From: Planctomycetota bacterium | Lineage (GTDB): Bacteria; Planctomycetota; PLA2; JAEUHO01 | Reading direction: 5' to 3' | DNA: 64,000 bases | Assembly (NCBI GenBank): GCA_965223505.1 | Contig: CBDCWP010000034.1 | Location: 96,001-160,000, forward strand | In this document: positions 49,364 to 64,000 of the stretch, in pieces | Numbering within the stretch: position 1 is the first letter of the stretch | How the letters are laid out: each line of letters begins with the position of its first letter | Notes under the pieces: generated by a model | The model's input: the letters and a program-made list of their open reading frames with translations, nothing else | What the model was told of the DNA's origin: nothing | Database searches by the model: none | Program-made: the position numbers and the translations under genes

Positions 49364-49487
49364 CGTTCCGGACCGCTGGTCCCGGTGCGCGGCCGCGAGT
49401 GTCTGCCTTCGTTCGGGACGCGTCGTATGCCGCGTTGCGGGCGAATGCAAGTGGGGGCTCTCGTACGCAAGCTCCGGAGACGGGCTC

Positions 49488-49562
49488 GCTGGAGTAGCTC
49501 AGTGGTAGAGCACCTCCTTGGTAAGGAGGAGGTCGCGGGTTCAATCCCCGCCTCCAGCTCCA
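49488..49562 (+). tRNA. tRNA-Thr (GGT)
   Basis: GCTGGAG acceptor, anticodon loop TTGGTAA, GTTCAA, encoded CCA. Confidence 0.96.
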
Positions 49563-49668
49563 CCCGAAGCTGGTGAGACAGATTTGGTTCCGGTTCGATT
49601 GGGGATCGGAAGAACGAACGACAGTTTGAGGCGGATGAGAGACCCGCCTGAATGAGGAGCGCCTTCCA

Positions 49669-50877
49669 ATGGCCAAGGACGTATTTGAGCGCACGAAGCC
49701 GCACGTGAACGTCGGCACGATCGGGCACGTGGACCACGGCAAGACCACCCTGACCGCAGCCATGACGTACGTGATGGAGGCGAAGGGCCACTCGAAGGCG
49801 AAGGCGTACGCCGACATCGCCAAGGGCGGCACGGTTCGCGACGAGACCAAGACGGTGACGATCGCCGCCGCCCACGTCGAGTACGAGACGGAGAACCGTC
49901 ACTACGCGCACGTGGACTGCCCCGGTCACGCCGACTACGTGAAGAACATGATCACGGGCGCCGCGCAAATGGACGGCGCGATCCTTGTGGTGTCGTCGTC
50001 GGACGGTCCCATGCCGCAGACGCGCGAGCACATCCTGCTCGCCCGCCAGGTCGGCGTGCCCGCGATCGTCGTCTTCATGAACAAGGTCGACCTCGTCGAC
50101 GACGAAGAGCTGCTCGAGCTCGTCGAGCTCGAGGTTCGCGAGCTTCTCAACGAGTACGAGTTCCCGGGCGACGAGATCCCGGTCGTGAAGGGCGCGGCGC
50201 TGAAGGCCATGAACAACCCGACCGACTTCGACGACCCGATCGGCGCCGGCTCGATCGTCAAGCTCCTCGAAGAGGTGGACAACTACATCCCGATCCCCGA
50301 GCGCGACGTCGACAAGCCGTTCCTGATGCCCATCGAGGACGTGTTCTCGATCAAGGGCCGCGGCACGGTCGGCACGGGCCGTATCGAGCGCGGTGTCGTC
50401 AAGATCGGCGACGCGATCGAGATCGTCGGGATCGCGGACGAGAACATGAGCACGACCTGCACGGGCGTGGAGATGTTCAACAAGACGCTCGACACCGGCG
50501 AGGCGGGTGACAACGTCGGCTTGCTCATGCGCGGCATGGACAAGGACAAGCTCGTCCGCGGCATGGTCGCGTGCAAGCCCGGCTCCATCAAGCCGCACAC
50601 CGAGTTCGAGGCCGAGGTCTACGTCCTGACGAAGGACGAAGGCGGCCGTCACACGCCGTTCTTCAAGGGCTACCGTCCGCAGTTCTACATGCGCACGACC
50701 GACGTCACGGGCTCGATCGAGCTCGCGGGCGGCGCCGAGATGTGCATGCCGGGCGACAACATCGGTATGAAGGTGACCCTGATCCAGCCCGTGGCGATCG
50801 AGGAAGGTCAGCGCTTCGCGATCCGCGAGGGTGGCCGCACCGTCGGTGCCGGCGCCATCGCGAAGATCATCAAGTAG
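49669..50877 (+). CDS. tuf: Elongation factor Tu
   Basis: [21 protein letters not shown]; Planctomycete-type effector loop. Confidence 0.99.
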   Translation: MAKDVFERTKPHVNVGTIGHVDHGKTTLTAAMTYVMEAKGHSKAKAYADIAKGGTVRDETKTVTIAAAHVEYETENRHYAHVDCPGHADYVKNMITGAAQMDGAILVVSSSDGPMPQTREHILLARQVGVPAIVVFMNKVDLVDDEELLELVELEVRELLNEYEFPGDEIPVVKGAALKAMNNPTDFDDPIGAGSIVKLLEEVDNYIPIPERDVDKPFLMPIEDVFSIKGRGTVGTGRIERGVVKIGDAIEIVGIADENMSTTCTGVEMFNKTLDTGEAGDNVGLLMRGMDKDKLVRGMVACKPGSIKPHTEFEAEVYVLTKDEGGRHTPFFKGYRPQFYMRTTDVTGSIELAGGAEMCMPGDNIGMKVTLIQPVAIEEGQRFAIREGGRTVGAGAIAKIIK

Positions 50878-50917
50878 GACGGACGGTCCGAGCGCGGACT
50901 GACGAAGGAGTTCAACC

Positions 50918-51091
50918 GTGGCGAAATCAGCAGCCGCCCGTGGATACGTCTGGCTCCAGTGCACGGAGTCGGGTGATCTGAACTACCGGGTTCAGAAGCG
51001 CATCAAGGGCAACCCCTACAAGCTCGAGCTGAAGAAGTACTGTCCGAAGCTCAAGAAGCACACCATCCACAAGGAATCAAAGAAGAAGTGA
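50918..51091 (+). CDS. rpmG: 50S ribosomal protein L33 (not in ORF track)
   Basis: GAAGGAG RBS, GTG start; [57 protein letters not shown]; canonical position. Confidence 0.93.
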   Translation: MAKSAAARGYVWLQCTESGDLNYRVQKRIKGNPYKLELKKYCPKLKKHTIHKESKKK

Positions 51092-51154
51092 GCGATCGCG
51101 CCGCCGTCGGGCGGCGCGGTCTTTCAGCGCCTTCGGGCGCGACGGCACAGGAGT

Positions 51155-51230
51155 ACGGCAGTAGCTCAATTGGTAGAGCAGCTGATTCCAAATCAGCAGG
51201 TTGGGGGTTCAAGTCCTCCCTGCCGTGCCA
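51155..51230 (+). tRNA. tRNA-Trp (CCA)
   Basis: ACGGCAG/CTGCCGT acceptor, anticodon loop TTCCAAA, encoded CCA; canonical position before secE. Confidence 0.96.
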
Positions 51231-51284
51231 GATTTGGGCCGTACCAGCCGTACCGGTAGCCCGCTGGATTGGACGCACACGTCG

Positions 51285-51698
51285 ATGAAGCTCGAGACGC
51301 TCAAGAAAGGCCAAGGCATCTACGCGAGGCGGCTCGCGTATGGGCTCTGCGGCGGCTTGGTCGCGTTCGGGGCGTACGCCCTCTGGACGGTGATCAACAA
51401 GGCCGACCAGGGTGTCTGGGTCTCCGACATTCCGGTGATCGGCGAGATCACCGTCTACAACGTGATCGCGATCGTCGTGTTCTTCGTCGGAATGCTGCTG
51501 TTGCATCTGTTCCTCAATCGCGTGGAGATGGTCGATCTGCTGATCGATACCGAGCAGGAGATGAAGAAGGTCTCCTGGCCGTCCAAAAAGGAGGTCCAGA
51601 ACTCCACGATCGTCGTGGTCATCGTGACCTTCGTGATGGCGATGGCGTTGTTCGGGTTCGACAAACTGCTTCGACTCGTCTTCCGGCTGGTGTTCTAG
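51285..51698 (+). CDS. secE: Preprotein translocase subunit SecE (3-TM type)
   Basis: EMKKVSWPS motif; between tRNA-Trp and nusG. Confidence 0.95.
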   Translation: MKLETLKKGQGIYARRLAYGLCGGLVAFGAYALWTVINKADQGVWVSDIPVIGEITVYNVIAIVVFFVGMLLLHLFLNRVEMVDLLIDTEQEMKKVSWPSKKEVQNSTIVVVIVTFVMAMALFGFDKLLRLVFRLVF

Positions 51699-51707
51699 GG
51701 GGCCCTG

Positions 51708-52265
51708 GTGGCGCGACGTTGGTACGTGGTTCGAGTTCAGAGCGGTCGTGAGGGCACGGTGCAGACCTCGCTCACGCGCCGTTTGAAGATCGCCGGCAAG
51801 GAGGAGTCCGTGCCGCGCGTGCTCGTCCCGACGGAGGTCGTGACGGAGCTCAAGGGCGGCCGCAAGCGCACGCGCAAGAAGAAGCTCTACCCCGGATACG
51901 TGCTCGTCGAGATCGAGGAGGACGAAAAGGGCAAGGTGCCGCGCGACGTGTGGTTCCTCGTCCGCGAGACCGCGGGCGTCGGAGACTTCGTCGGGCCGCA
52001 CGGCGCCCCGGAGCCGCTCGACCAGGTCGAGGTCGACCGTTTGTTGCAGGTCGTCGACAAGAGCGAAGAGGAACAGCAGCCGCAGGTCCAGATCTCGATG
52101 AAGAAGGGCGATGCGGTCAAGATCAAGGAAGGTCCGCTCGAGTCGTTCGAGGGCGTCGTCGACGACGTCGTCCCGGCGAAGGGCATCGTGCGCGTGACCG
52201 TGACCATCTTCGGTCGCGCCACGCCGGTGGATCTGGAGTACTGGCAGGTCGAGGCGGTCAGCTAG
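51708..52265 (+). CDS. nusG: Transcription termination/antitermination factor NusG
   Basis: [22 protein letters not shown] motif, [10 protein letters not shown]. Confidence 0.97.
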   Translation: MARRWYVVRVQSGREGTVQTSLTRRLKIAGKEESVPRVLVPTEVVTELKGGRKRTRKKKLYPGYVLVEIEEDEKGKVPRDVWFLVRETAGVGDFVGPHGAPEPLDQVEVDRLLQVVDKSEEEQQPQVQISMKKGDAVKIKEGPLESFEGVVDDVVPAKGIVRVTVTIFGRATPVDLEYWQVEAVS

Positions 52266-52299
52266 GGCCCCTCATTGGCGCCAAGGAGGCGCAGGTTCG

Positions 52300-52725
52300 A
52301 TGGCGAAGGAAGTCAAAGCGAAGATCAAGCTTCAGTGTCCCGGTGGTCAGGCGACCCCGGCGCCTCCCGTCGGCCCCGCGCTCGGTCAGCACGGCGTGAA
52401 CATCGGCGACTTCGTGCGCCGTTTCAACGACGCGACGTCGAAGGACCAGGGCATCACGATTCCCGTGATCCTGACCGTGTACGCGGACCGCTCGTTCGAC
52501 TTCGAGGTGAAGAGTCCGCCCGCGGCGGTGCTGCTGCGCATGGCGGCCGGCGTCGACAAGGGCAGCGGCACGCCGAACACCGAGAAGGTCGGCAAGGTGA
52601 CCGAGGCCCAGTGCCGCGAGATCGCCGAGAAGAAGATGCAGGACCTCAACGCGTACGACGTCGACCAGGCCGTGCACATGATCTACGGCACCGCCCGTTC
52701 GATGGGCCTCGTCGTCGAAGGCTAG
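52300..52725 (+). CDS. rplK: 50S ribosomal protein L11
   Basis: [25 protein letters not shown]. Confidence 0.98.
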   Translation: MAKEVKAKIKLQCPGGQATPAPPVGPALGQHGVNIGDFVRRFNDATSKDQGITIPVILTVYADRSFDFEVKSPPAAVLLRMAAGVDKGSGTPNTEKVGKVTEAQCREIAEKKMQDLNAYDVDQAVHMIYGTARSMGLVVEG

Positions 52726-53771
52726 CCGCCGCCGGAAACCGCGGGCTGCGGGGTCCAGGGATCGCGTACGACGACGCCGTGCAGCAGCCGCCCCAGCAGG
52801 TCCGCGCCGGTGATGACACGCCGCTCCTCGTCCCACACCACGATGACGTCGTCGTCGATGACGTAGTCGCGCGGATGCTCCGGCCGCACCTCGAAGCGCG
52901 ACACGATCTCGCCCAGCAACGTGTTGCCGTCGTGGACGACGATCGGCTGATGGCAGTGTGCCATCGGGTCGACGGATGCCTTGTCGAACAGCGCCGCGCG
53001 CAGGAACGACGAGGCGTTCAGCACCCAACGCGGGCGTCCCCTCGGACCCGCGAGCACGACCCACTTGCGTCCCGATGCCTGTACGCGCTGTAGAAAGTCG
53101 TCGTCGGGGCGGGCCTCGAAGTCCGGGAACACCGGCCGGCCGTCCTCATGCGGAAGCGTCACGACGCTGCGACCGTCGATCTTCTCGCCCAGCTCGCTGA
53201 CCGGTAGGTCGTCGAGCGACAGGAAGTTGAGCGCGCCCATACCCTCGACACGGCTCAGGTCGGTCTCGTCCGCCGAGACGTGCCGCTTGATCAGCTCTCG
53301 GAAGTTGCGCTCCGGCCAGTAGATCGCGGCTTCGGGGCCGAGCCAGCGATCGAGCAGCCAACCGGTGGGGCCCGTGACCGGGAACAGCAGCACCCGGTAG
53401 AAGCGCAGCACGGGCGCGAGCGCCGATGCCGTCCGGAGCGCGTGTCGCGAGAAGTACGACTGCGGGAGGATTTCTCCGAAGACCGTGATCGCGACGGTGG
53501 AGAAGAGGAAGGCGACGACGCCGGTCATGACGGAGTCCGCCAACAGCGCCAGCAGCACGTTGATCGCCACGTTGCCCCACAGGATGGTGGCGAGATAGCT
53601 GTTCGAGTGTTTTCGCATCGACAGGACGCGGGAAGCGGCGCGATTGCCCGTCGCGTGTTCCGCTTCCAGACGCAGGCGGCTCACGCCGAAGACGGCGAGA
53701 TTGAGCCCGGAGAAGACCGCCGACTGCGAGAGGCAGAGTCCGATCGCGATCCAGTACGCGGTGTCGTTCAT
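52722..53771 (-). CDS. CNNM/DUF21 transmembrane domain protein with degenerate CBS-like region
   Basis: [27 protein letters not shown]. Confidence 0.88.
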   Translation of the reverse strand: MNDTAYWIAIGLCLSQSAVFSGLNLAVFGVSRLRLEAEHATGNRAASRVLSMRKHSNSYLATILWGNVAINVLLALLADSVMTGVVAFLFSTVAITVFGEILPQSYFSRHALRTASALAPVLRFYRVLLFPVTGPTGWLLDRWLGPEAAIYWPERNFRELIKRHVSADETDLSRVEGMGALNFLSLDDLPVSELGEKIDGRSVVTLPHEDGRPVFPDFEARPDDDFLQRVQASGRKWVVLAGPRGRPRWVLNASSFLRAALFDKASVDPMAHCHQPIVVHDGNTLLGEIVSRFEVRPEHPRDYVIDDDVIVVWDEERRVITGADLLGRLLHGVVVRDPWTPQPAVSGGG

Positions 53772-53840
53772 CGAGCTCCTCCTGCGGCGCCGCCGATCAG
53801 GATGAAACGCCGTCGTTCGTCCGACGCGGCGCGTCCCGAC

Positions 53841-55463
53841 TCAACCCATGTGCGGGTAGCGCCAGTCCTTCGGGGAGACGTACGTCTCCTTCACCGTGCG
53901 CGGCGCCACCCAGCGCAGCAGGTTCTGCGGGCCGCCCGCCTTGTCGTCGGTGCCCGACGCGCGCGCCCCCCCGAACGGCTGCTGGTTCACGACCGCGCCG
54001 GTGGGTTTGTCGTTGATGTAGAAGTTGCCCGCCGCGTGGCGCAGTGCCCGCGCCATCGACTCTGCCACGGTGCGGTCGCGCGCGAAGACGGCGCCCGTGA
54101 GCGCGTACGGGCTCGTCTCGTCGCAAAGGCGCAGGGCGTCGTCCATGCGTCCGGCGTCGTAGACGTGCACGGAGAGCACGGGGCCGAAGATCTCCTCTTC
54201 CATCGTCATGAAGCGCGGGTCCTCGCACTCGACCAGCGTCGGCTCGATGAACCACCCCTTCGACTTGTCGGTGCCGCCGCCCTGGACGATCTTCGCGCCC
54301 TGGCGGGCCTTCTCGATGTAGCCCGCGTGGTCGTCGAAGGCCTTCTCGTCGATGACGGCCGCCATGAAGTTCGAGAAGTCCGCCGGGTCGCCCATCTCGA
54401 TCTGCTGCATCTCCGCGACCAGCTTGTCGCGGAACTCAGCCCAGATCGTGTCCGGCACGTACATGCGACTCGCCGCCGAGCACTTCTGGCCCTGGTACTC
54501 GAACGCGCCGCGAAGCGCCGCGGTCACGAGCGCGTCCACGTCCGCCGACTCGTGGGCGAAGATGAAGTCCTTGCCGCCGGTCTCTCCGACGATGCGCGGG
54601 TAGCTGCGGTAGTTGGCGATGTTGTCGGAGATCTGCTTCCACAGCATCTGGAACACGCCCGTCGAGCCGGTGAAGTGGATCCCGCTGAAGTGCTCGGACG
54701 GGATCACGCTCTCCGAGACCACGCGCGGCTTGCCGGGGATGAAGTTGATGACGCCCGGCGGCAGGCCCGCTTCCTCGAGCAGCTTCATGATGTAGTAGTT
54801 CGACAGCACGGCGCCCTTGGAGGGCTTCCACAGCGCGACGTTGCCCATGATCGCGGGCGCGGTGGGGAGGTTGCCGCCGATGCTCGTGAAGTTGAACGGC
54901 GTGACTGCGAAGACGAACCCTTCGAGCGGACGGTGGTCGACGTAGTTCCACATGTCCGCGTTGCTCGACGGCTGCTGGGTGTAGATCTTGTCGAGGGCCA
55001 GCCAGCCGTTGATGCGCCAGAAGTCGATCAGCTCGCACGCCGAGTCGATCTCGGCCTGGTAGCACGTTTTGGACTGCCCGAGCATCGTCGCGGCGTTGAT
55101 CGTGTCTCGCCACGGTCCGGCCAACAGGGCGGCGGCCTTCTCGAATACCGCGATGCGCACCTGGTACGGCGTCTCGCTCCAGGACTTCCAGGCTTCCTGG
55201 GAGGACGCGATCGCCTTTTCGAGGATCTCGGGCGTGGCGCCGTGCCAACGGCAGAGCACGTTGGCGTGGTCGTGGGGCGCGGTCCACTCCGTCGTCTCGC
55301 CGCTGAAGATCTCTTCGCCGCCGACGATGCAGGGGATGTCGATCGTCTCGTCCGACATGGCCGCCAAGCGCGCCTTGAGCGACTCGGTCTCGGGCGTGCC
55401 CGGCGCGTAGGGGCGGATGGGCTCGTTGGCGGGCTCGTCCCGGCGGAAGACGGCGTTCGGCAT
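53841..55463 (-). CDS. pruA: L-glutamate gamma-semialdehyde (1-pyrroline-5-carboxylate) dehydrogenase
   Basis: TPFNFTSIGGNL, FTGST, GETGGKDF, FEYQGQKCSA, EEIFGP, QQPFGGARASGT. Confidence 0.93.
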   Translation of the reverse strand: MPNAVFRRDEPANEPIRPYAPGTPETESLKARLAAMSDETIDIPCIVGGEEIFSGETTEWTAPHDHANVLCRWHGATPEILEKAIASSQEAWKSWSETPYQVRIAVFEKAAALLAGPWRDTINAATMLGQSKTCYQAEIDSACELIDFWRINGWLALDKIYTQQPSSNADMWNYVDHRPLEGFVFAVTPFNFTSIGGNLPTAPAIMGNVALWKPSKGAVLSNYYIMKLLEEAGLPPGVINFIPGKPRVVSESVIPSEHFSGIHFTGSTGVFQMLWKQISDNIANYRSYPRIVGETGGKDFIFAHESADVDALVTAALRGAFEYQGQKCSAASRMYVPDTIWAEFRDKLVAEMQQIEMGDPADFSNFMAAVIDEKAFDDHAGYIEKARQGAKIVQGGGTDKSKGWFIEPTLVECEDPRFMTMEEEIFGPVLSVHVYDAGRMDDALRLCDETSPYALTGAVFARDRTVAESMARALRHAAGNFYINDKPTGAVVNQQPFGGARASGTDDKAGGPQNLLRWVAPRTVKETYVSPKDWRYPHMG

Positions 55464-55524
55464 CGGATGCCTCCTCGATCGATGACGGGCGCCGCACTCT
55501 ACCGGATCCGCTGTCGAGGGAGGG

Positions 55525-56052
55525 CTACTTGCCGAACAGGTCGAGGGCTGTCAGCGCGAAGCCGGCCACCGCGTCCGACCGCAGTACCTGGGCGCCCGCG
55601 GCGCGTTGCGGCACGTCGCGGTAGCGCTCACGGTCGTAGCGTTCGATGGTCGAGCTGTGCGGATCGACGAGCCACACCTCCGCCACGCCCGCGTCGATCA
55701 TGCGCAGCGTCTTGATCCGTCGATCCCGGGACGCGGTCGACGGCGAGAGCACCTCGACGGCGACGAGGGGGATGCCCACGTCCCGGGCGTCGTCGGGTAG
55801 ATCGGCGCGCAGGACGACGACGTCGGGCTGGAACACGTTCCAGTCGTCGATCGGCACGTCGGCGGGCGCCGTGACGACGCGACGGTGGCCGACGAGATCG
55901 CGAAACGCCACCGCGATGTCGAGGGCCAGTCGCTGGTGCCCGAAGCTCGGCGATGGCTCCCGGACCAGCTGCCCCTCGATGAGCTGGGCGGGGTAGCCCT
56001 CGGGCAGGCGGTCGTAGTCGGTCCGGGTGAACAGGGTCGGCATGGCGTCCAT
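55525..56052 (-). CDS. Uma2-family (PD-(D/E)XK) endonuclease-like protein
   Basis: QLIEG, PSFGHQ, QPDVVV, VEVLSPST, EVWLVDP. Confidence 0.88.
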   Translation of the reverse strand: MDAMPTLFTRTDYDRLPEGYPAQLIEGQLVREPSPSFGHQRLALDIAVAFRDLVGHRRVVTAPADVPIDDWNVFQPDVVVLRADLPDDARDVGIPLVAVEVLSPSTASRDRRIKTLRMIDAGVAEVWLVDPHSSTIERYDRERYRDVPQRAAGAQVLRSDAVAGFALTALDLFGK

Positions 56053-56243
56053 GGGGCATCCTCGCACGAGGCCGGCCGGCGGTCACGCGGCCGCTGGATC
56101 CGGGCGGCGTCGGTGGGGATTTCCTGGGGATCCGGGCCGAATCGCGTACAAATCGCCGTTTCCGGGTGCGTTTCCGCCTCGGAACACTCGTTTACCGCGC
56201 CGGCGGCCGCGTCGCCGGCACGGGAGAGCAAGGAGAGACGCGG

Positions 56244-56933
56244 ATGGCAAGAGTGACCAAACGACACCGTGCCGCCGTCGCCACCGACGGGTACGAGAAG
56301 CACAAGCGCTACGACGTCGATACGGCGCTGGGTGTGCTGTCGAACTTCCCCAAGGCCTCGTTCGACGAGACCGTCGAGATCGCCGTGCGCCTCGGGATCG
56401 ACCCCAAGAAGTCGGACCAGATGGTTCGCGGCTCGATCTCGCTGCCGCGCGGCATCGGCAAGTCCAAGAGCGTCATCGTCTTCGCCGAAGGCGAGGCGGC
56501 CACGGAGGCCGAAGAGGCCGGCGCCGACGAGGTCGGCGGCGACGAGCTGGCGAAGAAGATCCAGGACGGCTGGATGGACTTCGACGTCTGCATCGCACAC
56601 CCCGGCATGATGCGCGTCGTCGGCAAGCTCGGCCGCGTCCTCGGTCCGCAGGGCAAGATGCCCAGCCCCAAGTCGGGTACCGTCACCGACAAGGTCGGCC
56701 AGGCCGTCGGCGAGTTCAAAGCCGGTAAGGTCGAGTTCCGCGCCGACGCCGGCGGCATCGTCCACATTCCGGTCGGCAAGCGCAGCTTCGAGCCCGAGGC
56801 CCTGCGCGAGAACATCGTGCACTTCGTCGACTTCATCAAGGGCCTGCGGCCCTCCGCCGTCAAAGGCGCCTTCATCAAGAAGGTATCCGTGAGCGGCACG
56901 ATGACCCCGTCACTCACACTGGACCTCAACTAG
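56244..56933 (+). CDS. rplA: 50S ribosomal protein L1
   Basis: FDETVE, DQMVRG, LGPQGKMPSPKSGTVT; AGGAG RBS. Confidence 0.98.
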   Translation: MARVTKRHRAAVATDGYEKHKRYDVDTALGVLSNFPKASFDETVEIAVRLGIDPKKSDQMVRGSISLPRGIGKSKSVIVFAEGEAATEAEEAGADEVGGDELAKKIQDGWMDFDVCIAHPGMMRVVGKLGRVLGPQGKMPSPKSGTVTDKVGQAVGEFKAGKVEFRADAGGIVHIPVGKRSFEPEALRENIVHFVDFIKGLRPSAVKGAFIKKVSVSGTMTPSLTLDLN

Positions 56934-56943
56934 GGAGCGCGCC

Positions 56944-57660
56944 ATGTCCAAAGCGTTGAAGAACATGCTCGCGACCCAGCTCGAGAGCGACCTGCAGGAA
57001 TCGACGGGCGGCATCCTGGTCGTCGACCTCGGTCCGATGACCGTCGAAAGCAGCATGGCGTTCCGCCGCGATCTGCGGGAGCAGGCCGGTGGCGCGACGC
57101 TGCGCGTCATCCACAACCGGACCGCCAAGGTGGCGTTGAAGAGCCTCTACGGCGACGACGTCAGCGACGAGCTCGCGCCGTTGCTCACCGGATCGAACGC
57201 CGTGGTGTACGGCGGCGAGGGGCCGATCCCGATCGCGAAGGTCGTGCGCGACTGGCGCAAGAAGCACAAGCCGCTCACGCTGAAGGCCGCCGTCGCGGAC
57301 GGCGAGTTCATGGGCCCCGAAGAGGCCACGACGCTCGCCGACATGCCGGACCTGCCGCAGCTGAAGGCGATGATCCTCTCGGCGATCATCGGCTCGGCGC
57401 GCGGCATTGCGACCAGCCTCTCGGCCGTCTACGGCGGTCTGGCGCGCGTCATTCAGGCGCGGCTGGATCTGGAGGACGGTGGATTCGCGTCCGGTGAAGC
57501 GCAGGCGGAGGCTACGCCCGAGCCCGCCGAGGCGCCGGCCGAGGAGGCGCCCGCACAGGAAGCCGCAGGTGACGAGCCTGCCGAAGACACGCCCGCGGAG
57601 GCGAGCGCGGAGAGCGCCGAGTCCGCCGAGGGGGAAGACCCCGAGAAGTCCGAAGGGTAA
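56944..57660 (+). CDS. rplJ: 50S ribosomal protein L10 with a long acidic C-terminal tail
   Basis: Between rplA and rplL; VIHNRTAKVA, LTGSNA, LADMPDL. Confidence 0.92.
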   Translation: MSKALKNMLATQLESDLQESTGGILVVDLGPMTVESSMAFRRDLREQAGGATLRVIHNRTAKVALKSLYGDDVSDELAPLLTGSNAVVYGGEGPIPIAKVVRDWRKKHKPLTLKAAVADGEFMGPEEATTLADMPDLPQLKAMILSAIIGSARGIATSLSAVYGGLARVIQARLDLEDGGFASGEAQAEATPEPAEAPAEEAPAQEAAGDEPAEDTPAEASAESAESAEGEDPEKSEG

Positions 57661-57711
57661 TCAGTTTGCAAGTTTCCGGCGGACGCCCGCCGGTTTTCAG
57701 GAGTTCGTGAC

Positions 57712-58122
57712 ATGTCCGAAGAAGAAACCACGACCGTTGAGCTCGACAAGGACCTCGAGGCCATCTTCGAGAGCCTGGACGGCCTGACGATTGCCAAGGC
57801 CGCGAAGCTGGTCAAGGCACTGGAAGATCGCTGGGGCGTCTCTGCCGCTGCGCCGGCAGCCGTTGCCATGGCCGCGCCCGCGGCCAGTGGCGAAGCTGCC
57901 GCCGAAGAGAAGACCGCGTTCGACGTCATCCTCAAGGGCCCGGGTCAGCAGAAGATCCAGGTCATCAAGGCCGTTCGCGCTGCGACCGGCTTGGGCCTCA
58001 AGGAGGCCAAGGAGCTCGTCGACAACGCCCCGAAGCCCGTCAAGGAAGGCATCTCCAAGGAGGATGCCGACAAGCTCGCGAAGGAGCTTTCCGAGGCCGG
58101 CGCCGAGGTCGAGGTCAAGTAG
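57712..58122 (+). CDS. rplL: 50S ribosomal protein L7/L12
   Basis: [27 protein letters not shown]. Confidence 0.98.
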   Translation: MSEEETTTVELDKDLEAIFESLDGLTIAKAAKLVKALEDRWGVSAAAPAAVAMAAPAASGEAAAEEKTAFDVILKGPGQQKIQVIKAVRAATGLGLKEAKELVDNAPKPVKEGISKEDADKLAKELSEAGAEVEVK

Positions 58123-58133
58123 AGCCGTTTCGA

Positions 58134-58166
58134 GGGCCGGCCCCGAGCGCTGCGAAGGGCCGGCCC
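58134..58166 (+). terminator. GC-rich hairpin after rplL (no U-tract)
   Basis: Self-complementary GGGCCGGCCC at 58134-43 and again at 58157-66. Confidence 0.45.
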
Positions 58167-58506
58167 GACCCCCGATTCATGGGCCTTAGGGCCCGACGAG
58201 GGGGCGCTGTAGCTGCTTCGGCCTGCGGATTGCGTGACCTTCCCTCGGGCCGGGATACCTTCTTACGTTCCGGGGTGCTTTCCCCGGAAGAACCGGCGTG
58301 GCTTCGTAAACGGCTCCCATAGGCCGAGGGAGACGGCAGCCTGAAGCCCCGATCCGGCGCGCGGTCTGGAGAAGTCGGGTTCGTGGCTCCATTGGGGGAG
58401 TCCGGTCCCGCGAGTGGTTTCCTCTCACATCGACCGCGATCGACGTGTGCGCCTGCAGCACCGCCGTATCCGTCCCGTTGCGAGTTGGAACCCAGGAGGT
58501 TTCGAC

Positions 58507-62268
<3,762 letters not shown>

Positions 62269-62285
62269 GCGTAAGGAACACAACG

Positions 62286-64000
<1,715 letters not shown>

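Noticed and set aside
48753..49850. 602-aa ORF-track extension of pyrE
   Set aside because: The extension runs antisense through two tRNAs and tuf; PyrE similarity starts at ATG 48752
52278..52292. GCGCC-AAGGA-GGCGC hairpin over the rplK Shine-Dalgarno as an L1 operator
   Set aside because: A 5-bp GC stem is expected by chance at this GC content, and I cannot see the L1-binding internal-loop consensus
52722..56100. Insert between rplK and rplA as a mobile element driven by the Uma2 nuclease
   Set aside because: No integrase or transposase, terminal repeats or obvious compositional shift; Uma2 genes are common chromosomal paralogs

Overview
High-GC bacterial chromosomal window, very probably Planctomycetota. 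The EF-Tu effector loop reads [16 protein letters not shown]33 has [15 protein letters not shown], and there are many HEAT-repeat, sulfatase-like and prenyltransferase-repeat exported proteins. Bases 1-49 kb are accessory genes, mostly secreted or lipoprotein: a degenerate class III cyclase, GTAG-REP repeats, an Fe3+/sugar-phosphate-type ABC transporter plus a NagD-like HAD, a desaturase/SAM-fold fusion operon, a multi-TIR protein, a PepSY plus OmpR-family two-component locus, a tricorn-like protease, a UGA-recoded thioredoxin/MsrA-like selenoprotein, a VIT-vWA-prenyltransferase fusion, a kinase-ATPase-TPR protein and a beta-propeller/diheme cytochrome c lipoprotein. Bases 49-64 kb are the core cluster tRNA-Gly, tRNA-Thr, tuf, rpmG, tRNA-Trp, secE, nusG, rplK, [3 antisense genes], rplA, rplJ, rplL, rpoB, rpoC (partial). 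The main findings are: (1) a C(T/C)(A/C)AG-N6-CTAAG direct-repeat box in front of four transcription units around the two-component genes, each exactly 10 nt before a -10-like hexamer, suggesting an undescribed metal- or phosphate-sensing regulon; (2) a selenoprotein with a SECIS-like hairpin that the ORF track split; (3) a desaturase fused to a nicotianamine-synthase-like SAM domain next to an LtaS-like enzyme; (4) rplK and rplA separated by 3.5 kb; (5) Gly at the RpoB R529-equivalent position. All calls are by eye from motifs; no database searches were run.
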